A stretch of 56,569 nt of DNA, taken from NCBI GenBank assembly GCA_937892025.1, contig CALAVA010000029.1:1-56569 (forward strand), written 5' to 3'. Position numbers and translations under genes: made by a program. This stretch comes from an uncultured Bacteroidales bacterium (GTDB lineage Bacteria; Bacteroidota; Bacteroidia; Bacteroidales; WCHB1-69). Shown piece by piece: positions 29,333-38,653 of the stretch. Within the stretch, counting starts at the first letter, position 1, and each line of letters starts with the position of its first letter. Below the pieces are notes generated by a model. The model worked only from the letters and a program-made list of their open reading frames with translations. It did no database searches and had not been told where the DNA came from.

Positions 29333-29830
29333 ATGAGAAAATTATTCATTACATTAGTGTTATTTTTAACTATGTTATTTGTTTCATCTTGTGCAACAGA
29401 TAGTGTTGTCGTATACAGAGAGTATCCTTCAAGGCCATATTATTACCACTATCATTATGGATATTATGGCCCAACGTATTATACATATCATTATCCGTAT
29501 ACTTATCATCATCACCACTGGCATTATTATCACCATAACCCTCCAAAGCCACATAATAGCAACCCAAATAACTATCAACCTGCTATTCAGCCAAAACCAA
29601 CAAATGTACCAAAGGCAACAGTAAGGCCAATTGGAAATGGTACAAGTGGCTCAATAAATGGAACTGTTAGGCCAAACAATACCGGTTCAACAAATTATGG
29701 TAATGTAAGGCCGAATTCAAGCGGGACAAGGCCAAGTTCAAATTCCAATATTTCAAGGCCAATTTCGAGCAGTTCACATTCAAGTTCGAGCGGAACAAGG
29801 TCTGGAGGAAGTCCTTCGGTCCGTAGATAA
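29333..29830 (+). CDS. Lipoprotein with Tyr/His-rich and Ser/Asn/Pro-rich low-complexity regions
   Basis: Signal peptide plus the lipobox-like 'LFVSSC', then 'YYYHYHYGYYGPTYYTYHYPYTYHHHHWHYYHH'. Confidence 0.6.
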   Translation: MRKLFITLVLFLTMLFVSSCATDSVVVYREYPSRPYYYHYHYGYYGPTYYTYHYPYTYHHHHWHYYHHNPPKPHNSNPNNYQPAIQPKPTNVPKATVRPIGNGTSGSINGTVRPNNTGSTNYGNVRPNSSGTRPSSNSNISRPISSSSHSSSSGTRSGGSPSVRR

Positions 29831-29831
29831 T

Positions 29832-29864
29832 AAAAAAAGGCGTTGAGTAATCAGCACCTTTTTT
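29832..29864. terminator. Bidirectional terminator
   Basis: A7-GGCGTTGA-GTAA-TCAGCACC-T6 between convergent genes. Confidence 0.65.
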
Positions 29865-29868
29865 CATT

Positions 29869-30606
29869 TTAAATTGATTCGTTATATTTTTTTATTACAT
29901 ATTCAGCTAAAATATTAAATCTTTTATCTCCATATTTGTGAATCGCCATTGGAAATTTGCTTATGTCTTTATTATTTTCATAAATATCAATAAAATCGTC
30001 AGTTAATAAATAACTGTCAAAACTAAAATATTGTCCAATTTCTGGCGGGGAAATATTTTTTAAACCATATGTTTCGTTGATGAAAAACAAATCTTCAGCA
30101 TTAAAATTTTTATTGTTATTTGTTTCTTCCCAATCTGGCCTGTTTTCAATGTTTTCTATAAATGAAGATACTTTTCTTAATGAAAACCCACCACAAAGGC
30201 ATTTTAAAAAAGCCATGCTATCAATAAAATAACAACAAGAAGCATAATAATCATAATCCATTTCCATATAATAATCAAGGTTGTCATACAATGCATATAC
30301 ATCTGTTTGATAAATCAAAATATATTTGTAGGTTGTAAACATCCTATAGAAATTTGGATGAATTAAAAGATGGCCATACATTTCAACAGATGAAAGCCAT
30401 TTTTCTTCAATTTCCAAAAAAGCAACACTCTTGTTATTTTTTTTTGAAAGTTCAACAATTTCAGACATATCTGTTCCATTTGGAAAAACAATGCAGATTT
30501 CTCTGTTTTTAAAAACCCTAAAACAAGACTCAACTGATTTTATTTCATACTCATTTAAATGAGCTTTATATATAATAAGCAAAATTAATACGTCCTTTTT
30601 TTCCAT
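29869..30606 (-). CDS. DUF5672-like protein (putative glycosyltransferase-like)
   Basis: 'YILIYQTDVY', 'YDYYASCC' and 'GGFSLRKVS' blocks. The track start 30660 lies inside repeat copy E, so ATG 30606 ('MEKKDV') is used. Confidence 0.5.
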   Translation of the reverse strand: MEKKDVLILLIIYKAHLNEYEIKSVESCFRVFKNREICIVFPNGTDMSEIVELSKKNNKSVAFLEIEEKWLSSVEMYGHLLIHPNFYRMFTTYKYILIYQTDVYALYDNLDYYMEMDYDYYASCCYFIDSMAFLKCLCGGFSLRKVSSFIENIENRPDWEETNNNKNFNAEDLFFINETYGLKNISPPEIGQYFSFDSYLLTDDFIDIYENNKDISKFPMAIHKYGDKRFNILAEYVIKKYNESI

Positions 30607-30646
30607 TAAACAACAATTTATTAAAAATAATAAACAGACTTGAATT

Positions 30647-30823
30647 CTGACATATTCCAACGAATGAATTCGTGGGGTTCTTTTTTTATTAAAAACATGT
30701 ATTTGTTAATAAGTTATACCTATTAACCACACTTGATACATCAAGTGGTGCTGTCAGCAGCGCAATGTTAAAGCAATTCATCCCACGGCTAAAGCAATGG
30801 GCTTTCTTGCACGTTAATCGTAA
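30647..30823 (+). repeat. Structured repeat, copy E (full length)
   Basis: Fills the whole gap between two - strand genes but keeps the + orientation of all other copies. Confidence 0.9.
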
Positions 30824-30824
30824 A

Positions 30825-31595
30825 TTATTTTAATGGCTGATATTTGAAGTTCCTTACGCTGAATGGCTTATCAATCCTGTTTTTAATTATTTTTGGGTCA
30901 TCAATATTTACCTCAAGTATGACATCCATTAAATGCCCATTTTCGGGATTTTTTAAATTGTTAACTAACATTTGTGCATATTTTTTGCTAACTGTTTTAG
31001 TTACAACCCCATTTGCTTTAAATGTTATCTTATCTGGCTCCCATACGCATTCGTATTTAATCCAATTTTCAGTTGGGTCAAGTGGTTGGTCACATTTCAT
31101 AACATTCTTTGAGCCAAGATGTTCGTGAACAATATTTTTGTTGTTATAGTGTACATTATAGGTTGTTCTCCAAGAAGGAAGAATCCACGGAAAATGATTT
31201 GTAGTTCTCCAACTATAATTATTATCTTCTGACCAAGCTTCGAGAATATCAATTTCAGGTGGCCAATTTCCGTGTCCACTTAGCCAAAAAGCACAACAAA
31301 TATTCAAGCCTTTAGGACACATTGCTTCAATTGAAAACGTTCCATAATCAAAATGCGTTGTTGTTCTTATAAGAGCTCTTTCAATTGTTGGATTATATAT
31401 TTTGCCATCCCAATGCTTAATTTCTATTGGGTTTTCTTTATACGTAAGATGTAACTCTCCGTTCTTCATCATAGTTAACACATTTTCATCACAGCCATAC
31501 CAAGCATATGGGTATTGGGTGTGAATAATTCTACCACCCTCCATTTTATTGGACCATTCGTATCCGCACCAATTAATTTTTTCCATTTTTATCAT
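30825..31595 (-). CDS. Glycoside hydrolase family 16 (beta-glucanase/laminarinase-like)
   Basis: Catalytic motif 'EIDILE' (ExDxxE). The start could instead be 31586 or 31712; the latter adds a hydrophobic 39-aa extension. Confidence 0.65.
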   Translation of the reverse strand: MIKMEKINWCGYEWSNKMEGGRIIHTQYPYAWYGCDENVLTMMKNGELHLTYKENPIEIKHWDGKIYNPTIERALIRTTTHFDYGTFSIEAMCPKGLNICCAFWLSGHGNWPPEIDILEAWSEDNNYSWRTTNHFPWILPSWRTTYNVHYNNKNIVHEHLGSKNVMKCDQPLDPTENWIKYECVWEPDKITFKANGVVTKTVSKKYAQMLVNNLKNPENGHLMDVILEVNIDDPKIIKNRIDKPFSVRNFKYQPLK

Positions 31596-31646
31596 TTTTT
31601 TATAAATATTTGCTTTAGAGGCGAAAAAATTGTAAATTAAGAATAA

Positions 31647-31664
31647 TTTGGTACAATATTTGAT
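31647..31664 (+). promoter_or_regulatory. -24/-12-like motif
   Basis: TTTGGTAC-AATAT-TTGAT, nearly identical to 3132-3148, 38 nt upstream of ATG 31702. Confidence 0.5.
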
Positions 31665-31701
31665 GAGATAAAGTGAAAAAAATATTAAAATTATTATTAT
31701 T

Positions 31702-31986
31702 ATGGAATTCAAAAAAGAAAATTATTTCACAAAGCACGAAGACAATGTTATTAAAACAATATCACTTGATGAATTGAAAAATGCTATTGATTATTTGGTT
31801 AATACAGCAAATACGAGAAATAAATGCCCTTGTGAAATTCCTGTTTATTTTACGTACAATGACAAAAAATATGAATTATCGAAACGCACAACTCTTAGGC
31901 TTTTTTGCTGTAGAGAAATTGAGGTCCACATTGACTTCACAGACTATTATTCCATTGAATTTGTCGCGCCATATTCACGTTCATAA
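31702..31986 (+). CDS. Hypothetical protein
   Basis: 94-aa ORF downstream of the promoter-like motif. Confidence 0.55.
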   Translation: MEFKKENYFTKHEDNVIKTISLDELKNAIDYLVNTANTRNKCPCEIPVYFTYNDKKYELSKRTTLRLFCCREIEVHIDFTDYYSIEFVAPYSRS

Positions 31987-32043
31987 GATTGGTTATTAAC
32001 TGTTAAATAAGATTTTATTAAAAAAACGAAAAATATTGGCTAA

Positions 32044-32358
32044 ATGAGTCGAAAAAGTGATTTCTTTTTTGCTTGTGCTCCTGACCAAAAATATATCTTT
32101 GAGCACGAAGAGTATGAATGGGAAGATATAGTTAACGCTTTTATTGCAGGTGGTTTATACGCAGATTCAAATCCAAGATATAAGTGGATTAAACTTGACG
32201 ATAAAATTGTTGAAACTTTATCTGATTATACTCGTTATCTCGTATATAAAGAAGAATATGATGAATATTATGTTATTGATGGTACGGACATAAAAAGAGA
32301 TTATAAAGAAAGAAAATATACGTTTGTAAAAGAAATAGATTTCCCTAGTTCACTATGA
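32044..32358 (+). CDS. Hypothetical protein
   Basis: 104-aa ORF. Confidence 0.6.
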   Translation: MSRKSDFFFACAPDQKYIFEHEEYEWEDIVNAFIAGGLYADSNPRYKWIKLDDKIVETLSDYTRYLVYKEEYDEYYVIDGTDIKRDYKERKYTFVKEIDFPSSL

Positions 32359-32444
32359 TTGAAATTAAAAATAACGATAATAAAACAAAAACGAGCATAT
32401 TCGGCATTCCTTGTAAAGGATGTAAGCGTGAAAATTGCACATAG
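32355..32444 (+). CDS. Small Cys-containing ORF (29 aa), possibly a gene fragment
   Basis: 'MIEIKNNDNKTKTSIFGIPCKGCKRENCT*'. A second frame continues as 'RCEFAVYRDDDRFVRCGDGFLAC*' into repeat remnant G. Confidence 0.2.
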   Translation: MIEIKNNDNKTKTSIFGIPCKGCKRENCT

Positions 32445-32492
32445 ATGTGAGTTTGCTGTATATAGGGATGATGATAGATTTGTGAGATGTGG

Positions 32493-32520
32493 AGATGGCT
32501 TTCTTGCATGTTAATCGTAA
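32493..32520 (+). repeat. Structured repeat, copy G (3' terminal 28 nt only)
   Basis: AGATGGCTTTCTTGCATGTTAATCGTAA matches the 3' end of the full copies and ends 3 nt before ATG 32524. Confidence 0.7.
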
Positions 32521-32523
32521 ATT

Positions 32524-32784
32524 ATGAGTAAGAAAAAAAAGTTTGAAGAAGAATTAAAAGAAATATTTGATGCTGCAAATATTGCAGAAATTGTCATGGG
32601 AGAAAAGCCCATTTCAAAGGAAGACTATGACAGATTTTTGAAATGGATGATGGTTCCATTGAAAGATGTCCCTGATGAAGAACTTATTTGGTGTTCAAAA
32701 CAAGATAGACAAAATTCTATTAATTCTAAAGGGAATTGGTTATACGAAATTAAAAGAAGAGGACTTAAAATGATTAAATTATGA
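32524..32784 (+). CDS. Hypothetical protein
   Basis: 86-aa ORF with an ATGA overlap to the next gene. Confidence 0.6.
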   Translation: MSKKKKFEEELKEIFDAANIAEIVMGEKPISKEDYDRFLKWMMVPLKDVPDEELIWCSKQDRQNSINSKGNWLYEIKRRGLKMIKL

Positions 32785-33191
32785 CTAAAATTTATGGAAA
32801 AAAGATTGCCGTTAGTGGCCTTACAAGAGTTGTCTTATCGCAAATGATAAAAGAAGATAGTTTTGTTCTTGCCCACAAAAAGGGAGAAAAATATAGAAAA
32901 TTCAATCTTAAATATCCTTTTTTGCATAAATTAGAATATACTGAAAACATCTATTATGATACTTTATGGCTTTCGATGAATAATGAATTTGAGGAATCTT
33001 ATATCTTGAACAGATACCCATATCTTTGTTTAAAAGGCAATGAATTTTATGTAAAGCCAAGCGTTACTATTGTGTATCTTGATGGTGAGGAAAAAAACGA
33101 ATATTTTGACACATATCAAGAGGCAAAAGAAAGATACGATGAACTTTTAAATAATTGTGAATTAGTGGAACTGACATACTCCCACGATTGA
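32781..33191 (+). CDS. Hypothetical protein
   Basis: 136-aa ORF. The last 7 codons (LTYSHD*) are encoded by repeat copy F, with the stop in its hairpin-1 loop. Confidence 0.6.
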   Translation: MTKIYGKKIAVSGLTRVVLSQMIKEDSFVLAHKKGEKYRKFNLKYPFLHKLEYTENIYYDTLWLSMNNEFEESYILNRYPYLCLKGNEFYVKPSVTIVYLDGEEKNEYFDTYQEAKERYDELLNNCELVELTYSHD

Positions 33192-33350
33192 AATCGTGTG
33201 GTTCTTAATCAATTTCAAGAACACGTATTTGTTAATAAGTTATACTTATTAACCACACTTGATACATCAAGTGGCGCTGTCAGCAAGGCAATGTTAAAGC
33301 AATTCATCCAACAGCTAAAGCAGATGGCTTTCTTGAACGTTAATCGTAAG
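33171..33350 (+). repeat. Structured repeat, copy F (full length, 180 nt)
   Basis: All modules are present, including hairpin 3. The 12-nt palindrome ACGTAATTACGT follows at 33363-33374. Confidence 0.9.
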
Positions 33351-33424
33351 TTAAGTAAAAGAACGTAATTACGTAAAGAAACAAAAAAACAAAAAAAGAA
33401 TTTATCATAGAGGGAATTTTTAAT

Positions 33425-33445
33425 TTCTGGCACGGTTTTTGATTG
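33425..33445 (+). promoter_or_regulatory. -24/-12-like motif
   Basis: TTCTGGCAC-GGTTT-TTGATTG. Confidence 0.55.
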
Positions 33446-33471
33446 GACTAAATAAACTAAATTATATTACT

Positions 33472-33845
33472 ATGTACGGAATAAATGATGTAATTAAAAT
33501 AACAGAAGCGTTCTCTAACATTTCAGAGAATAGAGATAATCCTGAAGAATTTTTGCATTCAATTAATACAATTAAAGAACAGTAATGGCGAATCTATTGA
33601 TTTTGAGTATTATTCAACATTAGAAAATAATAAAAATGAAAATCTTTTATACATCAACTGTACACGGCATTGACCAAGATTTGAACCAAATTTGCCCATT
33701 TCGTCAAAGAAGTTAGAAAACTGGTAGTTTGAAAAACTGGAAGAGAATTTGAAAACAACCTTACTCTTGACCTGAAGTATTCTGACATGGTAATCAAGAC
33801 CAAAGATGGCGAAATTATTAAAGAGTTTAACAAAGAGAAATAAAA
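33472..33845 (+). pseudogene. Fragmented coding remnants
   Basis: A 37-aa ORF (33472-33585) is followed by several short open stretches in shifting frames, e.g. '...DLKYSDMVIKTKDGEIIKEFNKEK*'. No intact ORF of 60 aa or more. Confidence 0.3.
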
Positions 33846-33847
33846 CT

Positions 33848-34285
33848 ATGATTTACAAAGGCGAAGAAATTAATGATAAAGAATACGTTCTTGTTGATGA
33901 AGAACCATTTATGGAATATTCAAGCAACTATGTCGAATTCGACTTGGAAGACTTGGAAGACTTGTGTGAGAAATACAAGGCAAAGGAAAAGGAATTGAAA
34001 GATTCTGGAGTTTATTTCAAGAATTTGAATATTGAATTTTGGGCCCAAGATTACGAATACAATCCAAACGGTGCTGATTTGGAGGATGAAGCAAAAATTT
34101 ATTTTACCTATCAGCGATTAGAAACCGATAAGGAGAGTGAAGATAGAATCCTGCGTAAAATGGAATGGATTGACCGCAAAATTGAAAACGAAGAAAGAGA
34201 GAAAAACGCATTTGAACTTGTAAAAAGAGTAGAAATCGAAAAAGCAAAGAAATTACTTGAAGAAAATGGGTATTCAGTAAAATAA
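33848..34285 (+). CDS. Hypothetical acidic protein
   Basis: The track start is 33806; the internal ATG 33848 ('MIYKGEE') avoids overlap with the remnant region. Confidence 0.55.
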   Translation: MIYKGEEINDKEYVLVDEEPFMEYSSNYVEFDLEDLEDLCEKYKAKEKELKDSGVYFKNLNIEFWAQDYEYNPNGADLEDEAKIYFTYQRLETDKESEDRILRKMEWIDRKIENEEREKNAFELVKRVEIEKAKKLLEENGYSVK

Positions 34286-34338
34286 TATTTATTTTTTATT
34301 TAGCAAGAAAGCCAACTATTTATAATAAAATTAAATAT

Positions 34339-35655
34339 ATGGCTTTTTTAGTTGAAAATAGTGTGGAAGAAATGGCATATCCTGCTTCTTTTAATATGGA
34401 AGCGTTTAAATCAATACCAAGTTATGCAGGAAAAATAAAATATTGTAAGGAAAAACTTGGAAAACAACTTGGCAGTGGCTCAAGTAGGATGGTATTTCAA
34501 ATTGACGATGAGAAGGTGCTAAAGCTTGCAATGAATAATAAAGGAGTTGCACAAAATGAAACCGAATGTGACTATTATTTACAGCAAATAGGGCTTTTTG
34601 CAAAGATTTACGATACTGATGAAAATTATAAATGGATTGAAATGCAACTTGCAAGAAAAGCGACTGCCGGTGATTTCAAAAAATTCTTTGGATATCCATT
34701 TAAAGTAATATGTGCTTATGTAGATTATGTTTATAGTTTATATGCAAGAAGAAACCCTATGAGGGACCATTCATATGATAACTTGTTTAAACAAATTGGT
34801 GATAGTGACGAATATTATGATTCCGTTTTTTATATGCTATATGAATATATGGCAAATACCCAATTGAACGCCATTGATGACTTAAAACGTTTGTCTTCTT
34901 GGGGCGTGGTTAGTGAGAATGGTGAAGAAAGTTTGGTTATAATAGATTACGGGTTAAACGATGACGTTGCACAAGAATATTATCATTTTAGAATTAATGA
35001 AAACGATATTGCTGAAATGGTAAAAAAAGCAATAAACAAGTTGTTGAATGAACAATTTGATAATTATTACGACAGCCCAATTGGAAAAGCATATGCAAAT
35101 TTATGGGAAGATGAAATATTGCAAGAATTTTTGGAAGATAAAAGAAATGGAATACCGCATAAGCAATGGAATTTAATACCATCAGCACAATATCAAAATT
35201 TGTTAAAAAGATATATGCAATTGGGCGATAATGCAAAAATACCAGACAGACTAATGGATGAATGGATTCAATTAATTGCTGATAATTTGGTTACATTGGA
35301 ATATATGACAGCATTCGCCGGCCATTCGCAATATTTCCCAAAAGAAGCTTTTGAAAATGCATTTGGTGAAGAATATGAAGGAAACTATGACTATGAAGAC
35401 CTATCAGAATTTCTTGAAAATATAGGATATTATGATTGGGCTCAATTACCAGATGGAAGCGATGCAATTAGTGATTATGGAATACAGCCAATAGCAAAAA
35501 TACTTAAAGAATTATCACCAACATCAACACCTGAAGATAAATTACTGATAATTAATAGATGCCTTGATGTAATTCATTGCAGAGGCGATTTAGCCTCAAC
35601 CTTTATACAAGGAGGACGTGCAACTTGCTCGTCTATCTCAGGACAACATAAATAA
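34339..35655 (+). CDS. Hypothetical protein with protein-kinase-like N-terminal motifs
   Basis: Gly-rich loop 'GSGSSRMVF' and 'VLKLA' (VAIK-like Lys), later 'LVIIDYG' (DFG-like). Tentative. Confidence 0.6.
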   Translation: MAFLVENSVEEMAYPASFNMEAFKSIPSYAGKIKYCKEKLGKQLGSGSSRMVFQIDDEKVLKLAMNNKGVAQNETECDYYLQQIGLFAKIYDTDENYKWIEMQLARKATAGDFKKFFGYPFKVICAYVDYVYSLYARRNPMRDHSYDNLFKQIGDSDEYYDSVFYMLYEYMANTQLNAIDDLKRLSSWGVVSENGEESLVIIDYGLNDDVAQEYYHFRINENDIAEMVKKAINKLLNEQFDNYYDSPIGKAYANLWEDEILQEFLEDKRNGIPHKQWNLIPSAQYQNLLKRYMQLGDNAKIPDRLMDEWIQLIADNLVTLEYMTAFAGHSQYFPKEAFENAFGEEYEGNYDYEDLSEFLENIGYYDWAQLPDGSDAISDYGIQPIAKILKELSPTSTPEDKLLIINRCLDVIHCRGDLASTFIQGGRATCSSISGQHK

Positions 35656-35681
35656 AGCATTCAGAAATGGATGCTTTTTTT
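35655..35681 (+). terminator. Rho-independent terminator
   Basis: AAGCAT-loop-ATGCTT followed by T7. Confidence 0.55.
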
Positions 35682-35723
35682 GTTTTTATCAATTTGTTTT
35701 TGTATAATAAAACAAAAAAAGAC

Positions 35724-35954
35724 ATGCAGGATTTTCTTGAAAAATATCTAATAGCTAAGATAGAAGAATTACATTTGGAAAAAAAAGGTAAAATAAGCCC
35801 TGATTACGTACTTTATGTTGATTTGATAAACAGTATCATTCCCGACGTAAAAGCCGCCCTGAACAAGTTTTACAAGGAAAAAATGTACAAAATCGGAAAG
35901 ACAATAAATGACAAATACATAATGGATAAAAAATGGGAAGAAAATGACGTATAA
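35724..35954 (+). CDS. Hypothetical protein
   Basis: The track start 35667 reads through the terminator T-run, so ATG 35724 ('MQDFLEKY') is preferred. Confidence 0.55.
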   Translation: MQDFLEKYLIAKIEELHLEKKGKISPDYVLYVDLINSIIPDVKAALNKFYKEKMYKIGKTINDKYIMDKKWEENDV

Positions 35955-36240
35955 GAACCTAATAGAAACCATAGAGATAATAAGAAAATACGACACATTA
36001 CCAGATTGCTATACAATATGGGCCACATACGAAGAATTTGGCTTCGAGATTCAACGTAATTGGAATATGTCAGCAAAAGATATACGTAGATTGGCTGAAA
36101 TGGGATGGTCTCTTGGAAGTGATGATGAATATGATGAAGAAAATAAAGACTTTGAAAAATGGGAAAACTATAAAAACTTGTCCGATGAAGAACTGATATC
36201 TATATTTAAAAATTATAATTCAATTTCAATATTTGTATGA
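35944..36240 (+). CDS. Hypothetical protein
   Basis: 98-aa ORF. Confidence 0.6.
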   Translation: MTYKNLIETIEIIRKYDTLPDCYTIWATYEEFGFEIQRNWNMSAKDIRRLAEMGWSLGSDDEYDEENKDFEKWENYKNLSDEELISIFKNYNSISIFV

Positions 36241-36572
36241 TAGAATTATTTTTATTTATTTGTGGCATTATTTTAATTGTGGTCATATTTATGATTCTGC
36301 ACGATTATTTTCTCTTTAGAAAATTCAAAGTTGGCTATAGGATTGATTTATATGAGGTAGAACATATTTCACTTGGTACTTCTAAAAAAATAGATAGTTA
36401 CAAAATTCTTGGAAGAAAAGGTGGAAATATATCAGTATTATCACCTAATAATAAAATTGTTGATTTAGACTTATATGAACTAATATCAACAATTGACATG
36501 ATTGTAATTACGGATGAAAAATGCCATATTTCTGATATAGTATATAAAATAGAGCGTTATACTTGGTTTTAA
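36237..36572 (+). CDS. Hypothetical membrane-anchored protein
   Basis: N-terminal hydrophobic helix and an ATGA overlap. Confidence 0.6.
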   Translation: MIELFLFICGIILIVVIFMILHDYFLFRKFKVGYRIDLYEVEHISLGTSKKIDSYKILGRKGGNISVLSPNNKIVDLDLYELISTIDMIVITDEKCHISDIVYKIERYTWF

Positions 36573-36593
36573 TAAATATTTAAAGATATATAA

Positions 36594-36962
36594 ATGGAAG
36601 AAGTAAAAGAGCCAATAGAACTATTTGGATATGAATGCGAACATGGTTGGTATCCGTTAATTGAAGAGGCTGAAAAATGGGTTGAAGAATGGAATGTAAA
36701 AAATGCTAATGAAGACAAAGAATTAAAGATAGTTCAAGCAAAAGAAAAATTCGGAATGCTTACAATTTATTGTAATTTTTATCCTGATAATCTACACGAA
36801 AAACTTTTTGATTTGGAACAAAGAAGCACAAAAATATGTGAGCATTGCGGAAAGACAGAGGGAACTACTTGTAAAGCATTACATGGATGGATTTATACAT
36901 TATGCCCACAATGTAGGGAAAAAGAAGAGATTAGATTAAATAAATTATTTAGAAAGAAATGA
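36594..36962 (+). CDS. Hypothetical zinc-ribbon protein
   Basis: 'CEHCGK' ... 'CPQCREKE'. Confidence 0.6.
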   Translation: MEEVKEPIELFGYECEHGWYPLIEEAEKWVEEWNVKNANEDKELKIVQAKEKFGMLTIYCNFYPDNLHEKLFDLEQRSTKICEHCGKTEGTTCKALHGWIYTLCPQCREKEEIRLNKLFRKK

Positions 36963-37180
36963 AAATCCATATATACGATAATAAATTAAAAAAAGAAACG
37001 TACTGCTTTGATGTCGTTTGTCCACCGCCTGTTGATTTCTTATTTGTCAAAGACAGAGAAACAAATCAAAGGTATCTAATGGAACGTACACACGGAGAAG
37101 ACCTATTTGAAGGACACCATTTTTTACACCAATGCGAATATTCTCAATATGATGACGTTGAATTAAAACTTGAAAAATAA
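36959..37180 (+). CDS. Hypothetical protein
   Basis: 73-aa ORF with an ATGA overlap. Confidence 0.55.
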   Translation: MKIHIYDNKLKKETYCFDVVCPPPVDFLFVKDRETNQRYLMERTHGEDLFEGHHFLHQCEYSQYDDVELKLEK

Positions 37181-37185
37181 TAATT

Positions 37186-37686
37186 ATGGCAAAAATTAAA
37201 GTTTATAAAGTAATCGAAGAAAGAATGTCTTCAAGTGGTCGTATCGAATATTTTACGTTGCCACTATACAAACCAATTACTGAAGAAGAAATTAAAGGAA
37301 AAGCGTTGTTCAAGCCAAAAGAAACAATGAAAGAGTGTATGCTCCGCAAATGGGGTATTGAGTTAACTAAAGTAAGAACAAATGAAGATAGTTATGTTCA
37401 CGCTTTTTTGACTTATGACAGCGCACTTTACTATATGCAGAATCATTTTAAGGGCTATCTGTACACAAGACCCGTAATTTATGAATGTGAAGCAGAATCG
37501 TCAGAATTGCCATCTGATACTTTTAAGGCAAAATGCTTGTCATTAAAATTCATACAGCCTATTTCACAAATGGCTAATTTCAAAGTTAGTGAATATTTGC
37601 CAATGCAAAAGCCCGAAAGTAAAAAGCAATATGGCATTAAATATGATGAAAGTGAAATAAATGGAGATACTGATTATGACGAATAA
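37186..37686 (+). CDS. Hypothetical protein
   Basis: 166-aa ORF followed 4 nt later by repeat copy I. Confidence 0.6.
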   Translation: MAKIKVYKVIEERMSSSGRIEYFTLPLYKPITEEEIKGKALFKPKETMKECMLRKWGIELTKVRTNEDSYVHAFLTYDSALYYMQNHFKGYLYTRPVIYECEAESSELPSDTFKAKCLSLKFIQPISQMANFKVSEYLPMQKPESKKQYGIKYDESEINGDTDYDE

Positions 37687-37690
37687 AAAT

Positions 37691-37763
37691 GGCATACTCC
37701 AACGAATGAATTCGTGGTGCTTACTCCCAAGAACCCCACTACTTTAGTGGCTGGAGTAGTCAG
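37691..37763 (+). repeat. Structured repeat, copy I (divergent compact form)
   Basis: GGCATACTCCA, hairpin AACGAA-TGAA-TTCGT, hairpin CCACTA-CTT-TAGTGG, then TGGAGTAGTCAG pairing back to the 5' end. Confidence 0.7.
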
Positions 37764-37847
37764 AGGCATAGACTTGTATATGGAATTGCCAATAAAGCAG
37801 AAAATAAATACTTGCATGACTTTGTTTCTTTACAAACAGGATATTAA

Positions 37848-37994
37848 ATGGATACTTTAAACACTAATAAATTTACTGATTCTTGCAAATGCAATATTGA
37901 TTGCGAAAAATGTTGTAAGAAGTATAGTCAGTGCTTTGGGGTTAATTGCCCTGATTTTGAACCTTTTCTTGAATTAATAAATGGAGAATTATAA
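37848..37994 (+). CDS. Small Cys-rich protein (48 aa)
   Basis: 'DSCKCNIDCEKCCKKYSQCFGVNCPDFEP'. Below the track cutoff. Confidence 0.35.
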   Translation: MDTLNTNKFTDSCKCNIDCEKCCKKYSQCFGVNCPDFEPFLELINGEL

Positions 37995-38030
37995 ATTAAC
38001 ATTAAAAGAAAAATTTGAAATAGAAAAGAA

Positions 38031-38051
38031 AACTGGCACGGTTTTTGATGA
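38031..38051 (+). promoter_or_regulatory. -24/-12-like motif
   Basis: AACTGGCAC-GGTTT-TTGATGA, with a 16-nt core identical to 33427-33442. Confidence 0.55.
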
Positions 38052-38126
38052 TAAGCCATAATGAGTAACAAATAAAAATTTTAAATTATGTACAACATTA
38101 TTGAAGTTATTGAAAAATAATATATT

Positions 38127-38246
38127 ATGAAGTATCTTGTTATTTTTTTGAATTTTTTGACTGAACTTGTCCCATTCTTCAATTGGGTTACTGTAAATTC
38201 AGAATTGCTAATCGAATACATTACACCAATTATTGCTATTCTTTAA
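38127..38246 (+). CDS. Small hydrophobic protein (39 aa)
   Basis: 'MKYLVIFLNFLTELVPFFNWV...'. The stop lies 1 nt before ATG 38248. Confidence 0.3.
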   Translation: MKYLVIFLNFLTELVPFFNWVTVNSELLIEYITPIIAIL

Positions 38247-38247
38247 T

Positions 38248-38649
38248 ATGGAAGCAAAAGAAATTCTTGAAAATCTTAAAGAAGGTGCAAACTTTGAATT
38301 GAAGTATGGTGAAGATGGCCGTTTGGGTGGCTATGGCGCTATAAACTTTTTCGATTGCTGTAAGGTTGGTAGTGGAATGGCCCAATCTTGGTATTACAAT
38401 GTTCATTATCCTTCAAGAAAGAAGATACTTGAATCACTTCCTTGGAATGTAGTGAAAAATCCACGTAATCCAAAGATTGAAGAATATCCTTGTGAAGATG
38501 GTGACTATATCACTATGATTGACTGTGATGAACATGCAGTTTGGCATAATGTATTTCACGATGGACATTGGCTAATCTATAACAAAACCCATGTAAAATG
38601 GTGGATTCCAATAACAGAAGAAATGAAAAAATGTATAAAAAACGATTAA
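38248..38649 (+). CDS. Hypothetical protein
   Basis: The track start 38233 is non-ATG; the first ATG gives 'MEAKEILEN'. Confidence 0.6.
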   Translation: MEAKEILENLKEGANFELKYGEDGRLGGYGAINFFDCCKVGSGMAQSWYYNVHYPSRKKILESLPWNVVKNPRNPKIEEYPCEDGDYITMIDCDEHAVWHNVFHDGHWLIYNKTHVKWWIPITEEMKKCIKND

Positions 38650-38653
38650 TCTA

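Noticed and set aside
31596-31712. A hydrophobic 39-aa N-terminal extension of the GH16 ORF, possibly a membrane anchor.
   Set aside because: The extension is encoded by the AT-rich divergent promoter region, overlaps the 31647 motif and the start of the + strand gene, and is mostly Ile/Phe/Leu from A/T runs. The internal ATGs at 31595 and 31586 are preferred, though an anchored form cannot be excluded.
1209-33350. The repeat family as a protein-coding module, an intein/intron interrupting genes, or a known self-cleaving ribozyme.
   Set aside because: No frame is open across a full copy. Upstream ORFs enter it in three different frames. The sequence after the repeats does not resume the upstream reading frames. 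I could not find the hammerhead core (CUGAUGA...GAAA) or other ribozyme signatures I can recall by eye. The ribozyme question still deserves a proper Rfam scan.
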